Shown: positions 1-10,101, counted from the stretch's first letter. The stretch: DNA of 64,000 nt from Candidatus Magasanikbacteria bacterium CG_4_10_14_0_2_um_filter_41_10 (GCA_002792995.1 PFPJ01000055.1:293-64292); one strand, 5' to 3'. Numbers and translations: made by a program. Notes: generated by a model from the sequence alone, not told the origin.

Positions 1-629
1 AATTCTTTTGCTTTTCCAGATTTTACTGAACTGACAAATTCATTTGTAAATTTTTCAGAGCTGACGTACAGAATACGTGTGGAAGAATTTCTTGCAATCA
101 TTTCATTGCCAATTGCTTGGAGCAAATGAGTTTTTCCAAGTCCTACTCCTCCATAGATAAAGAGCGGGTTGTAGGCTTCTCCAGGCCTATCTGCAACTGC
201 GCGTGCGGCAGCGTGTGCAAGTTCGTTTCCTTTTCCTACTATAAAAGTATCGAAAGAGTATTTTATATTGAGACCAAACTGAGCCCCAAGACTCATCTTT
301 GGATTTGAGTGAATTGGTGTTTCGGGGGTAGACACTGTTGGCACAGCCGAGAGTGTACATTCTTGTTCAGTGATGTTCTTTAGGTTTTCCACTCGGTATT
401 CTATTTTTTTGATTGGTTTCCCTGTAACTTTTTCTATGGTACTGATGATATCTTTGTGATATTTGTTTTCCAACCAACTTTTTGTGAAAGCATTTGGAAC
501 ACAAATAACCACATGACCAGTGTCATATTTTGCGATACCTGTATGTTTGAACCATGTTGTGAAGTTTGGTTTGGATACTTTAAGTTCAAAATCTGCAAGA
601 ACGGTCTGCCAAATTTCGTAATTTGTCAT
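1..629 (-). CDS. dnaA: Chromosomal replication initiator DnaA (N-terminal part, runs off window start)
   Basis: Manual translation from ATG at 629 ([15 protein letters not shown]...) contains [23 protein letters not shown] (Walker A) and [12 protein letters not shown]; divergent from rpmH. Absent from ORF track because truncated. Confidence 0.97.
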   Translation of the reverse strand, partial: MTNYEIWQTVLADFELKVSKPNFTTWFKHTGIAKYDTGHVVICVPNAFTKSWLENKYHKDIISTIEKVTGKPIKKIEYRVENLKNITEQECTLSAVPTVSTPETPIHSNPKMSLGAQFGLNIKYSFDTFIVGKGNELAHAAARAVADRPGEAYNPLFIYGGVGLGKTHLLQAIGNEMIARNSSTRILYVSSEKFTNEFVSSVKSGKAKE

Positions 630-901
630 AAAAAGTCGCTAAGAGTATGGTTGTTTGTCCAGTTTAGCACAGATACGTATTTGAAAAAATGGCTTAATAT
701 AAACAAAAAGTGCGTAACATGGGGAAAAGGTGTGGATAGTGTGGATATGTACACAAGGAAATGTCTTATGTAATTGTATATATAGATACATAAAAAAAGC
801 TCAAAAGAAGTGTTTCCCTATTGACAGAACAAAGAAAATATCGTATTATTGTGAACATCTAATACAACATCCGAAAATCTGGATGATCCGTTATCAATAC
901 T
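630..901. promoter_or_regulatory. Putative replication origin region (oriC) with DnaA-box-like sites
   Basis: dnaA-rpmH intergenic; TGGGGAAAA 720-728, TGTGGATAG 731-739, TGTGGATAT 740-748 (consensus TGTGGATAA), followed by an AT-rich tract at about 770-800. Confidence 0.65.
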
Positions 902-1078
902 ATGCCAAAACGAACATATCAACCAAAAAAACGTAAACGTGCGAAGACCCATGGGTTTCGATCACGTATGGAGGACAAAAATGGGCAAGATGTGCTCAGA
1001 CGCCGACGTGTGAAAGGAAGAAAAAAGCTCACGGTGAGCGATGAACGCACAGGAAAGCGTACAAAAAAGACACGATAA
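902..1078 (+). CDS. rpmH: 50S ribosomal protein L34 (58 aa, basic C-terminal extension)
   Basis: Manual translation [58 protein letters not shown]; below the ORF-track cutoff. Confidence 0.97.
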   Translation: MPKRTYQPKKRKRAKTHGFRSRMEDKNGQDVLRRRRVKGRKKLTVSDERTGKRTKKTR

Positions 1079-1086
1079 TCCAACAA

Positions 1087-1108
1087 AAGACCCCAGAAAT
1101 GGGGTTTT
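1087..1108 (+). terminator. Intrinsic terminator-like hairpin after rpmH
   Basis: GACCCCA-GAAA-TGGGGTT followed by T-rich bases; an extended -10 (TGTTATACT) for rnpA follows. Confidence 0.55.
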
Positions 1109-1132
1109 CTGTTATACTATGGGTATCTCGCT

Positions 1133-1510
1133 ATGCTAAAGTCACAACATCGCCTTAGAAAAATGAAAGATATTGAGATTCTCTTCAAAGAGGGGCGTTT
1201 TGTTGGTGGGGATCTGGTTACTCTGAAGCTCTGGTGGGTCGATCCAGACAAGTACCCTCGCCGGAAATATACTAAAAATGACCTCAAAATTGGCTTTGTT
1301 GTGGGGAAAAAGGTAAGTAAGAGTGCGGTAAAACGTAATAAAATCAAACGCCAGATGCGAGAAGTGGTCCGATTGCTTCTAAAAGACGAAAAGTTGAAGG
1401 ATGGCGCCATGGTATCGGTGATTGCAAAGCCCTCTGCGCTCGGAGCCTCCTACGTAGACATTGAAACATCACTGCTAGATGTGTTTCGACGGGGCAAGCT
1501 ACTTGGGTAG
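1133..1510 (+). CDS. rnpA: Ribonuclease P protein component
   Basis: N-terminal HRLRK, GFVVGKKVSKSAVKRNKIKRQMRE (RNR motif); position after rpmH. Confidence 0.95.
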   Translation: MLKSQHRLRKMKDIEILFKEGRFVGGDLVTLKLWWVDPDKYPRRKYTKNDLKIGFVVGKKVSKSAVKRNKIKRQMREVVRLLLKDEKLKDGAMVSVIAKPSALGASYVDIETSLLDVFRRGKLLG

Positions 1511-1528
1511 CGCACAGACAACAAAAAT

Positions 1529-1783
1529 ATGAATATACTTCGTTGGTCAAGAAAACCTGTGCTCTGGCTGATTCGCTTTTATCAGAAATTTCTTTCACCA
1601 GATCACAGTTTTTGGGCAAAAAAAAAGAATCCATACGGCTACTGTCAGTATTATCCGACATGTAGTGTGTATGGATACCAAGCGATAGAAAAATATGGGG
1701 TGATTCGTGGTGGGTTTAAAGCTGTGTGGCGAGTGCTCAGATGTAATCCGTGGAGTACAGGGGGCGTGGATGAAGTAGATTGA
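1529..1783 (+). CDS. yidD: Membrane protein insertion efficiency factor YidD
   Basis: LIRFYQKFLSP...CQYYPTCSVYGYQAIEKYG...RVLRCNPWSTGGVD signature. Confidence 0.95.
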   Translation: MNILRWSRKPVLWLIRFYQKFLSPDHSFWAKKKNPYGYCQYYPTCSVYGYQAIEKYGVIRGGFKAVWRVLRCNPWSTGGVDEVD

Positions 1784-1877
1784 CAAATTTTATATTTTCT
1801 GTAAAGTGACCGTACCATTTGACGGTCTCTTTTTTTGTGCAGGTGCACGAGAGAGAAGCCCACACGGAGGAAGACTC

Positions 1878-2420
1878 ATGCTGAATCGCATTTCGTTTGC
1901 GCTGGTTCTGGTGCTCCTTGCTTCCTGCGGTTCTGCAGAACAGCAGGACACAGCTCACCCGATCCCTTCGGAGGACATGATGATCCTCGTCGGGCACGTG
2001 TACTGCCATCCCGTCCTTCGTCAGTGGTGCGAGACCACCCGTCCGTGTGAAGTGTCGTCATTCCCGGGCAACCTCGCGACCATTCTCGGTAGTGACGGCT
2101 CTGTCATGCTCGTCACGCCGGGGGGGAATCCGTTTCACTTTCAGCGGGGGGCGTTCAAGCTGCTGGATGGAACTTTCCAGGATGGCAACACTGAACGGGG
2201 GGTGTACCAGTGGATTCTTGCGGAGCAAGGAGAGTACCTCCTCGCAGCTGATCCCTGTGCTGCAAGGGTGTACATCGTGCATTTTCCTCTCCCCCCAGAG
2301 AAGACGTCTCAGGAAGGTGCCGCCTCACCTCTTGGTGGTTCCGAAGACTCGTCTGACGTTCCACTTCCTGCTGAGTGGGTGCCTGGCACGCTCGAGTGCT
2401 TCGACCCTGCGCGCGAATAG
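1878..2420 (+). CDS. GC-rich orphan predicted lipoprotein
   Basis: Start moved to ATG 1878 after GGAGG; signal peptide with lipobox LASC; upstream TTGACA 1780-1785 and TAAAGT 1802-1807. Confidence 0.75.
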   Translation: MLNRISFALVLVLLASCGSAEQQDTAHPIPSEDMMILVGHVYCHPVLRQWCETTRPCEVSSFPGNLATILGSDGSVMLVTPGGNPFHFQRGAFKLLDGTFQDGNTERGVYQWILAEQGEYLLAADPCAARVYIVHFPLPPEKTSQEGAASPLGGSEDSSDVPLPAEWVPGTLECFDPARE

Positions 2421-2431
2421 TCGCGTTCGTT

Positions 2432-2504
2432 CTCGCCCACTGCTAGCCTCGGCTGACAGTGGGCGAGGGCATGAATTCACATACACTCGAAAGAGTGTTT
2501 TTTT
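2432..2504 (+). terminator. GC-rich hairpin followed by a separate intrinsic terminator
   Basis: CTCGCCCACTG...CAGTGGGCGAG (2432-2467, no U tract), then ACACTC-GAAA-GAGTGT-T6 (2483-2504). Confidence 0.7.
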
Positions 2505-2562
2505 GTATAATTTGTGGAGTAAAAAATATGTGAGGCGTGGATGATGTAAAATAGACTCAACG

Positions 2563-3108
2563 TTAAAGTACGAAAACTGTTTTATTTTGAGGATCTGTCC
2601 ATTCTTCAAATACGGCGTTATCAACAATTGTCAGTACTATTTTTTGTATTGTTGCTGTTGCCAGTGAATCATCGTGTATCATGTTTTGTGCTTCACGAAA
2701 ATTTTCATCGGAAAGTCTTCTTCCTATTGTAATATGTGGAATGAAAGAAAGCTCAAATTCAGCATATTGTTTTGCGATGTGATCTCCATAGGTTGAAAAC
2801 GTTTTTGAAATTTCTTTTTGGAGTTTGAGAAGTTGTGTATTTTCTTCTGCACGAATCATAATAGACCACCCATTGTCTGTTTTTTTGGTAAAAATACCAT
2901 GAAACTGTAGGTGCATAGTCGTATAATTTTTACAGAGTTCTTTCAATTCTTTTTTTATGTGTGTTGTTGCTTCTTCTTGGCAGTATGTGTTTGTTTTCAA
3001 GCTGATATGCATAGGATATGGTTTGTCATACGTTTCTCGAAATATATCAATCCATCTTGGATAGAGATTTAAATCTACTTGGGCTGTAATATGAAATATT
3101 TTTTGCAT
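2563..3108 (-). CDS. 2H phosphoesterase / 2'-5' RNA ligase family protein
   Basis: Two HxS/T motifs (MHISL, PHITI); start set at ATG 3108. Confidence 0.8.
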   Translation of the reverse strand: MQKIFHITAQVDLNLYPRWIDIFRETYDKPYPMHISLKTNTYCQEEATTHIKKELKELCKNYTTMHLQFHGIFTKKTDNGWSIMIRAEENTQLLKLQKEISKTFSTYGDHIAKQYAEFELSFIPHITIGRRLSDENFREAQNMIHDDSLATATIQKIVLTIVDNAVFEEWTDPQNKTVFVL

Positions 3109-3112
3109 ACTA

Positions 3113-3340
3113 TCACAGGTTAATTTCCACAAGTTTTATTTTATTTGTTTCCCCTTTTACAATTTTTATGTTACTTTTTGACACACCAAATTCCTTGCTG
3201 AGCAATTCAATAAGTTTTTTGTTTGCTTCGCCATCAACTGGCGGTGCTGTGAGTTTTACTTTGAGTGTCCCGTCTGGAAGTGTTCCGACGATTTCATTTC
3301 GTGAGGAACGTGGGAGGACTTTTATTGTGAGTGTTTTCAT
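3113..3340 (-). CDS. DUF167 (YggU-like) protein
   Basis: KVKLTAPPVDGEANKKLIELLSKEFGVSKSNIKIVKGET motif. Confidence 0.9.
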   Translation of the reverse strand: MKTLTIKVLPRSSRNEIVGTLPDGTLKVKLTAPPVDGEANKKLIELLSKEFGVSKSNIKIVKGETNKIKLVEINL

Positions 3341-3491
3341 AAGTACTTACGGATAACGGATAATTTTGATGTACGGATTCATGTAAATCAGTTGGAAGTG
3401 TGTTCCATTCTACAGTACCAATAAAAAAGAAAAAACGCTAGATATACAAAAAACACCGCCGTGTAGAAGGCAGTGTTTTCTTGATGTGCGT

Positions 3492-4784
3492 TTATTTTTT
3501 CTTCTCTTCCAGTACTTGCTCTTTCAACCACTCCATCACTTTTCTATTTTGCATACTTGTCGCAATTGTGTCACGCACTTCTGGTTTCTTCAGATTATCG
3601 AGGTATTCTTTTTTTGTTTTGTACATCTCTTCGAGCATCTTGATCTCTGCATCGATCTCTTCATCAGAAATGACAATGTTTTGTTCTACGGCTACTTGGC
3701 GAGATACCAGGGCTGCCTTCGCGCGCTTTTCTGCCTGTATTTTGAAATCATTGAAAAGTTCTTCTTCTGTTTTTTTGATATCAGAGAGATATTGTGAGAT
3801 TTCAATATGATTTTTTTCCAGATCTCGTTGCAATTCGTAGAACATCTTTTGTCGCTCAGCATCTATCAGTACTTCTGGAATTGGTGCAAAGGTCGTTTTT
3901 TCAATAATAGCATCCAACATTTCTATTTCTGCTTTTTGTGTCGTTTTTTGTGCTGCTTCATCCAGCATGTTTGTGTGAATGAGCGTTTTGAGTGCGTTGA
4001 TGCTATCTTGTCCGAGAGTTTTTGCAAGATCGTCAGAAAGTTCTGGCAATTGTCGTTCATATACATCTTTGACAGAAATTTTGAAATCAACTTTTTTGCC
4101 TGCAAGATGTTTTTGGTAGTGTGTTTTTGGAAAATCGAGAGAAAATTCTTTTGTATCTCCTTTTTTCAATCCGGCTACTTCTTTGTTGAATCCTGGAATG
4201 TAATGATCTTCTGAAAGATAGACTTGGTAGTCTTTTGATTGTCCGCCTTCGACAGGAACGTTGTCGATAAGCATATCCATATCGAGGACCAGTTTATCTG
4301 TCCCTGTTGCTTCTCCAGCCTTCACAATTTCTGTTGCGTGCATGCCTCGGAGTGCCTCGAGTGTTTCGTCAATCTTTTTTTCGTCGACAGTAGGTTCTTC
4401 TTTTTTTATGGTAATTTTTTTGATATCAGCGAGCTTTACACTTGGCATGAGTGCTACCACTGCCTTGTACTCGATATCGTTTCCTGGTGCGACTTTTTCG
4501 ACAGTAATTTTTGGCATGCCAATCGTTTCCAGTTTTTCTTCACGGATAGCTTCAAAAAACGTTTTTTTGACAATATCCTCCAACGCTTCTTGCATGATAG
4601 CCATTTCACCGAGTTCTTTTTTGACAATATCAAAAGGGGCTTTGCCTTTTCGGAAGCCTTTGATACTTGCTCGTTGTGAAAGACGGACCGCTGCTTTTTG
4701 GAGTGGTTCGCTATATGTGTTTGGTGTTACCGTGATTGTGAGTTCTACTTGTGAGTCTTTGAGGTCTTTTTTGGTATATGACAT
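3492..4784 (-). CDS. tig: Trigger factor
   Basis: GFRKGKAP ribosome-binding signature, FKBP-like YIPGF region, 430 aa. Confidence 0.96.
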   Translation of the reverse strand: MSYTKKDLKDSQVELTITVTPNTYSEPLQKAAVRLSQRASIKGFRKGKAPFDIVKKELGEMAIMQEALEDIVKKTFFEAIREEKLETIGMPKITVEKVAPGNDIEYKAVVALMPSVKLADIKKITIKKEEPTVDEKKIDETLEALRGMHATEIVKAGEATGTDKLVLDMDMLIDNVPVEGGQSKDYQVYLSEDHYIPGFNKEVAGLKKGDTKEFSLDFPKTHYQKHLAGKKVDFKISVKDVYERQLPELSDDLAKTLGQDSINALKTLIHTNMLDEAAQKTTQKAEIEMLDAIIEKTTFAPIPEVLIDAERQKMFYELQRDLEKNHIEISQYLSDIKKTEEELFNDFKIQAEKRAKAALVSRQVAVEQNIVISDEEIDAEIKMLEEMYKTKKEYLDNLKKPEVRDTIATSMQNRKVMEWLKEQVLEEKKK

Positions 4785-4897
4785 AAGTGGATAGAAATAT
4801 GCGAAAACGGCTTATAATATAGCGAAAAAAAAGATATTCGTCAAGTCATCGGCATTGACTTTTTGGTCATTTTCGACCATACTCATAAGGCTATTTT

Positions 4898-6292
4898 ATG
4901 GACAAACATGTAAAAAAAGTCATTCTTTCTCTCCTCAGCATCGTTATGTTTTTGAAACGTATGCTTGTGGGATTTTTTCAATTGGTTGCAAAAGGATTTT
5001 CAAAAATTAATGAAAAGTATGAGCAGACCATAGGTCCTACGTTGTATCAGTGGGCCTATACCCTGCAAAAAAAATTGCGGTGGGTGTCCTTGTTAAAAAC
5101 AAGTGGACCTCTCGGTTTTTTTGGAAGACGGTCTGTGCTACAGATCGTCTTGTTTTTGATGCTTTTTGTTATCATGATACCGCAAACAAGGCTCTATAGT
5201 GCAGAAAAGATTTCAAATATGCCAGGACGAGCAACGCTTCTTTATACACTTGTTGGGTCTGGAGATCAGGATTTTAGTCCAGAAGATCTTATTGTAGAAC
5301 AAGCCCTTCCTCCGACCAGTGTTGCAGATCAAAATTGGCGTGATGGGTCAATAAGTGCAGATCAAACAGCATCTACAGGGAAAATACCTGTTCAACCTGA
5401 GGAAATTTCTTCAATTTCAGTAGGGGGTACGGCTGTGACCAAACCAAGTATTTTGCCAGGAAATCAACTTCCCGTACAGATTGATACCAATAAAACACAG
5501 ACGACTGGACGAAAGGATATTATTGAATATACCGTAGATTCTGGGGATACCATTGGTGCCATTGCAGAGGCGTTCCATATCAATGTGGAAACAATACTCT
5601 GGGCAAATAATCTTACAGCGCGTTCGTATATACGTCCAGGAGATACGTTGAAAATTATGCCAATCAATGGACTTGTGCATACCGTTTCTCGTGGAGATAC
5701 CGTATCTTCGTTGGCAAATACGTATGATACCGAAGCCAGCGAAATTATAGCTTTCAACGATCTCAAAAAAGATGGTTCAGATATTATTATAGGAGAAACA
5801 CTCATCATTCCAAATGGCACCAAGCCTGCTCCAAAGAGTACCTATACCGTGCCAGAGAGTCGTCCATATACACCACTCACCAATGTTGCTGCACCTCCTC
5901 CATCTGTTGCTGCACCCGCAGGATCTGGATACCTCTGGCCACTCGGCGCACATATCATCACACAATATTATGGTTTGCAACATACAGGAATTGATATTTC
6001 TGGTGGTGGAGTTGGTACACCTATCTATGCAGCAAAAGGAGGTACCGTAAAAGTATCACAGTGCGGATATAATGGTGGATATGGATGTTATATAATTCTC
6101 GATCACGGCGATGGTGTAAACACTCTCTATGGGCATGCTTCGAAGCTGTACGTGAGTGCGGGCGAAACAGTCACACAGGGGCAGACGATAGCTACGATGG
6201 GATCAACAGGACGTTCTACAGGACCTCATCTTCACTTTGAAGTGCGTATCAACGGTGTAAGAAGTAATCCATTGAAGTATATTCGATATTAA
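4898..6292 (+). CDS. Membrane-anchored LysM x2 / M23 peptidase
   Basis: Two LysM repeats (YTVDSGDTIGAIAE, HTVSRGDTVSSLA); HTGID, YGH and GPHLHFEV motifs. Confidence 0.92.
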   Translation: MDKHVKKVILSLLSIVMFLKRMLVGFFQLVAKGFSKINEKYEQTIGPTLYQWAYTLQKKLRWVSLLKTSGPLGFFGRRSVLQIVLFLMLFVIMIPQTRLYSAEKISNMPGRATLLYTLVGSGDQDFSPEDLIVEQALPPTSVADQNWRDGSISADQTASTGKIPVQPEEISSISVGGTAVTKPSILPGNQLPVQIDTNKTQTTGRKDIIEYTVDSGDTIGAIAEAFHINVETILWANNLTARSYIRPGDTLKIMPINGLVHTVSRGDTVSSLANTYDTEASEIIAFNDLKKDGSDIIIGETLIIPNGTKPAPKSTYTVPESRPYTPLTNVAAPPPSVAAPAGSGYLWPLGAHIITQYYGLQHTGIDISGGGVGTPIYAAKGGTVKVSQCGYNGGYGCYIILDHGDGVNTLYGHASKLYVSAGETVTQGQTIATMGSTGRSTGPHLHFEVRINGVRSNPLKYIRY

Positions 6293-6310
6293 TAGAGATA
6301 ATTGAAGAAC

Positions 6311-6338
6311 AAAAAATCACCAATTATGGTGATTTTTT
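6311..6338. terminator. Bidirectional terminator between convergent genes
   Basis: A6-TCACCA-ATTA-TGGTGA-T6. Confidence 0.7.
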
Positions 6339-6393
6339 GTTCTACCATTTTGACATCATGACTACTTACAAAGCTCTGACTCTCTGTCATCTT

Positions 6394-7917
6394 CTACGCA
6401 ACTTTACTCCGATACTGCAACGCTTCGGCCACATGTGGTGTTTCAATATGTTCATTGCCATCCAGATCTGCAATCGTTCTCGCCAATTTTAAAATGCGAT
6501 GATAACTTCTCGCTGATAAATGCAATTGTGTCACAGCTTGTTTCATCAGTTCAATAGATTGATCCTGCAACGTACAGTGTTCACGTATTTCTTTATTTTT
6601 CATATCCGTATTTGTCATGCAGTGTGTTCCGGCAAATCGTTTGTTTTGAATTTCTCTGGCTTTTTCAACGCGTGCGCGAATTGCATCAGATGACTCTGCC
6701 AGCGTATCATCCCGAAGTTTTTCAAATTCTACCCGTGGCACCTCTACATGAAGATCAATTCTGTCGAGCAGTGGGCCACTTATTTTTTTCTGATAATTTG
6801 CAATTTGCATAGGCGAGCATGAACAATTTTTATCAGGATCGGTGGCAAATCCGCACGGACATGGATTTTGACTCGCAACGAGGGTGAATCGTGCAGGGAA
6901 TGTAATCGTCCCTTGCGCACGGGAAATGGTGACAACACCATCTTCGAGTGGTTGGCGGAGATTTTCGAGTACTTGCCGAGGGAATTCTGGAAATTCGTCG
7001 AGAAAAAGCACACCACGATGTGCCAGAGATATTTCTCCTGGCCGAGGGAATTTTCCTCCGCCGACGAGTGCTACTCCAGATGCACTGTGATGTGGCGCGC
7101 GAAATGGGCGCTCTGTGACGAGTGGACGATCAATGGGAAGCAATCCTGCAACCGAGTAGATCTTTGTTGCATCGATTGCTTCTTCTACCGTCAATCTTGG
7201 TAAAATTGAAGGCATGGTTCGAGCGAGCAGTGTTTTGCCAGATCCCGGTGGGCCAGAGAGTAGAATGTTGTGTCCACCGGCAGCTGCAATTTCCATGGCG
7301 CGTTTTACGAAGTCTTGTCCTTTTACATACGCCATGTCCATTTCATAATCAGTTTCTTGAATCCATTCATGAACTGGTGATCCTCGAAAAGGAGGAATTT
7401 TTTGTTTGTCTGTAATATGTGCAAGCACCTGTCTAAATGTATCTGCCGGCAAGATTTGGATATCCTGAATCAGACTTGCTTCATGTGCATTCACGGCAGG
7501 AACAAACAAGTCAGTATAGCCATGATCCCGTGCAAAAATAGCGAGTGGCAAAATGCCATTTGTATGGCGGAGACCGCCATCGAGTGCAAGTTCACCGACA
7601 AACAGTGCTTTTGACAGATCTATGTCTTCTCGCTTTTCTGTGGCAACATACATTCCCACTGCCATCGGCAAGTCATACATGCTTCCTTCTTTGCGAACAT
7701 CTGCTGGTGCAAGATTGATGACAATACGACCGTTGTTTGGAAATTGTAAATTTGTATTTTTCCATGCGGTTCGGATGCGTTCTTTTGCTTCTTGAATGGC
7801 TGTATCTGGGAGACCAACAATATTGTATCCAGGCCATGATCCTGCGATGTCCACTTCGACAGTCACAGGCGTGCAGTCGAGTCCTAGGACTGCTGCAGAA
7901 TGAATTTTTGTAAACAT
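6394..7917 (-). CDS. comM: YifB/ComM Mg-chelatase-like AAA+ ATPase
   Basis: IVGLPDTAIQEAKERIR, GPPGSGKT, PGEISLAHRGVLFLDEFPEF, NPCPCG, ISGPLLDRID. Confidence 0.93.
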   Translation of the reverse strand: MFTKIHSAAVLGLDCTPVTVEVDIAGSWPGYNIVGLPDTAIQEAKERIRTAWKNTNLQFPNNGRIVINLAPADVRKEGSMYDLPMAVGMYVATEKREDIDLSKALFVGELALDGGLRHTNGILPLAIFARDHGYTDLFVPAVNAHEASLIQDIQILPADTFRQVLAHITDKQKIPPFRGSPVHEWIQETDYEMDMAYVKGQDFVKRAMEIAAAGGHNILLSGPPGSGKTLLARTMPSILPRLTVEEAIDATKIYSVAGLLPIDRPLVTERPFRAPHHSASGVALVGGGKFPRPGEISLAHRGVLFLDEFPEFPRQVLENLRQPLEDGVVTISRAQGTITFPARFTLVASQNPCPCGFATDPDKNCSCSPMQIANYQKKISGPLLDRIDLHVEVPRVEFEKLRDDTLAESSDAIRARVEKAREIQNKRFAGTHCMTNTDMKNKEIREHCTLQDQSIELMKQAVTQLHLSARSYHRILKLARTIADLDGNEHIETPHVAEALQYRSKVA

Positions 7918-8057
7918 ACCCTCCTTATCTTAAAAAATGATACAAAAAGTATAGCACAAAAAAATATCACTAGTGTGATATGTATGTTGAAGAGTGATGT
8001 CGAGGACCCCACATGTCACCGAGGTGGTGGACATGCGGGGTACCTCTGTCATGGTGA

Positions 8058-8669
8058 TCAGATCTTGGCGGCTCGTCGCGCACGTTCGATGGACGTGCTG
8101 TACGAGGCGTTCTCGATCAGATCAGCAAGAAGACGCGTGTACCTGTCGACCAGCCCTGGTCGTTTCCGCGAATCTGCATCCGCGATCCAGGTGAGGACCT
8201 TCAGGACGGCTCGCTCTGCGTTGACGAAGTGCACGATGCACTTCAAGATGGCGGACGCAATGGCCCGCGTGCTTGACGCGTCACTTGCGCTGAAGACGAA
8301 CCTACGCCCCAAGTTGTTTTCGAAGACGAACGTCGCGGGCAATGGCTCCGCGAGGTTGCTTTGCCTCCGCTTTTCGGGCATCTGGACATCTCCCGTGAAG
8401 GAGATCGGGTAGATGTAGTTGAGTGAAGGATGTTCCTCCCCGAACTTGCTCTTGAGGGCTTCGAAGATCGTGAGCGCCGCGCCTTCTCCACTTCCCGTCA
8501 CTGTCACTGAGGTCAAGGTGCGGACTTCCTTGATCTCGCACGTGATGTTGGTGACCTTTCCCTCTTCCGTCGTCAAGTCTTCCGTGAGAAGACGCATGAC
8601 GCCGTACTCGACGTAGTCATCTCCCATCGTGTCAACGACGAGGCGTTCCAGCTCGTCTTGTGTCAACAT
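8058..8669 (-). CDS. GC-rich orphan; resembles a stand-alone LeuA allosteric (regulatory) domain
   Basis: Start at ATG 8669 after AAAGGGG; GSGEGAALTIFEAL...HPSL...SSTRAIASAIL pattern recalls the isopropylmalate synthase C-terminal domain. Functional call is by eye. Confidence 0.6.
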   Translation of the reverse strand: MLTQDELERLVVDTMGDDYVEYGVMRLLTEDLTTEEGKVTNITCEIKEVRTLTSVTVTGSGEGAALTIFEALKSKFGEEHPSLNYIYPISFTGDVQMPEKRRQSNLAEPLPATFVFENNLGRRFVFSASDASSTRAIASAILKCIVHFVNAERAVLKVLTWIADADSRKRPGLVDRYTRLLADLIENASYSTSIERARRAAKI

Positions 8670-8868
8670 GACTGCCCCTTTTGGTGTGTGGGTTGTGGTT
8701 TGAGCATAGGCAGAATATTTTTTGTGTAAAAATACTTTGTCCACACCCAAACACACTTTTTTTCTCAATAAGAAAGAAAAAACCACCGTTCTGGTGGTTT
8801 ACCTTTACCCACTGCAGAATACAGTAAGTGAAAAAAGGATTTTTGTCAATATGTGAGGGAAAATTTGA

Positions 8869-9993
8869 TTATTCTTCCATCTTTGGTTTTTCGAGGAGCA
8901 GTGGTTCCATTTCCACTTCCCCTTCTGTAATTTTTACCACATCTTTTTCTACTTTTCCGAGTTCTTTATATGCAGTATTGTAATGGTTTACGGTCGTTGT
9001 CATACTGTTCCCCAATTTTTTCATGTAATCTTCATATGCAAGAATATGTTTGCCAAGTTTTTCTACATTCTTTCGTATTTCTTTTGCTCCTTCCTCGATA
9101 TTCAGTGCACGCAATCCTTGCAACACTGTTTGGAGATATGCGGCAAATGTTGTTGGAGAAACAATGATAACTTTTTTTTCTCGAAATGCATAATCGATCA
9201 AGTTTCGTGTGTTTACTTTCACTGCCCCCACTTCATTCACGAGCAAATCATAATAAATTGCTTCTGATGGAATAAACATGAATGCAAAGTCGAGGGTATT
9301 TTCTTTTGGTTTGATATATTTACTTGTTTCGTCTATTCGTTTTTTCAAATCATTTTTAAATTCTTTTTCCAGTTGTTCTTTTTGTTTGTCATCAATGCAG
9401 TCAAGAATGCGTTGGTAATTATCCAAAGAAAACTTTGCATCGATAGAGATGTTTCCTTCTTTGGTAAAAATAATTGCATCGACAATATCGCCATCGGGAA
9501 AACTATATTGAAGTTGAAATGATGTTGGCGGAAGTATATTTTCCAGCACAAGTTGCAATCCCGCCTCCCCAAGATTTCCTCGTTTTTTTTGATTGGTTAA
9601 TACTTTTTCTAGATTTCCAAGTTGTTCAGAAAATCCAATCACCTGCTGATTTGTTTTGTCGAGTGTCGTCAATTTTTCTGTAATATCGGCAATCATTTTT
9701 GTACTTTGTCCTGTAATTCCTTGCATTATTTTTGTGTTCTGTCCAAATTGATCTTGAATCGTTTTATTCAAATTCAGTTGTGAGTCATTCATGACTTTGT
9801 GTGTTTCAGATAATTTCTGATCTACTGTTTTATTGAGTTCCTGAATTTGTTGTTGGAGCATCATGAATAGTTGTTTGTCTTCATCACGATTTTGAGGTTG
9901 TGTAGCATTCTGCAGTTTTTTGTACAGAAAAAACATCGCAGCGAGTGTTGCGACGAGAACAATACTGAGAATGATAATAAGCATTTGTTCCAT
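8869..9993 (-). CDS. rmuC: DNA recombination protein RmuC
   Basis: N-terminal TM and coiled coil, RGNLGE, IDAKF, DFAFMFIPSEAIY, VSPTTF. Confidence 0.93.
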   Translation of the reverse strand: MEQMLIIILSIVLVATLAAMFFLYKKLQNATQPQNRDEDKQLFMMLQQQIQELNKTVDQKLSETHKVMNDSQLNLNKTIQDQFGQNTKIMQGITGQSTKMIADITEKLTTLDKTNQQVIGFSEQLGNLEKVLTNQKKRGNLGEAGLQLVLENILPPTSFQLQYSFPDGDIVDAIIFTKEGNISIDAKFSLDNYQRILDCIDDKQKEQLEKEFKNDLKKRIDETSKYIKPKENTLDFAFMFIPSEAIYYDLLVNEVGAVKVNTRNLIDYAFREKKVIIVSPTTFAAYLQTVLQGLRALNIEEGAKEIRKNVEKLGKHILAYEDYMKKLGNSMTTTVNHYNTAYKELGKVEKDVVKITEGEVEMEPLLLEKPKMEE

Positions 9994-10011
9994 AGAAAAA
10001 GAATCCGTTGT

Positions 10012-10101
10012 TTATTTTTTAAATTTTGAGAAAAGAAATCCTACAATGCCAATGGCAAGGAAACTGGTGATCGCAATAATGAGAGCCAGGACTGTTTGCA
10101 T
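10012..10101 (-). CDS. Small single-pass membrane protein (29 aa)
   Basis: Manual translation MQTVLALIIAITSFLAIGIVGFLFSKFKK*; preceded closely by TGCTATACT; ends 18 nt before rmuC. Confidence 0.55.
   Translation of the reverse strand: MQTVLALIIAITSFLAIGIVGFLFSKFKK

Noticed and set aside
117-936. Short plus-strand ORFs 117-308, 456-773, 730-936
   Set aside because: Antisense to dnaA or spanning oriC; no recognisable protein.
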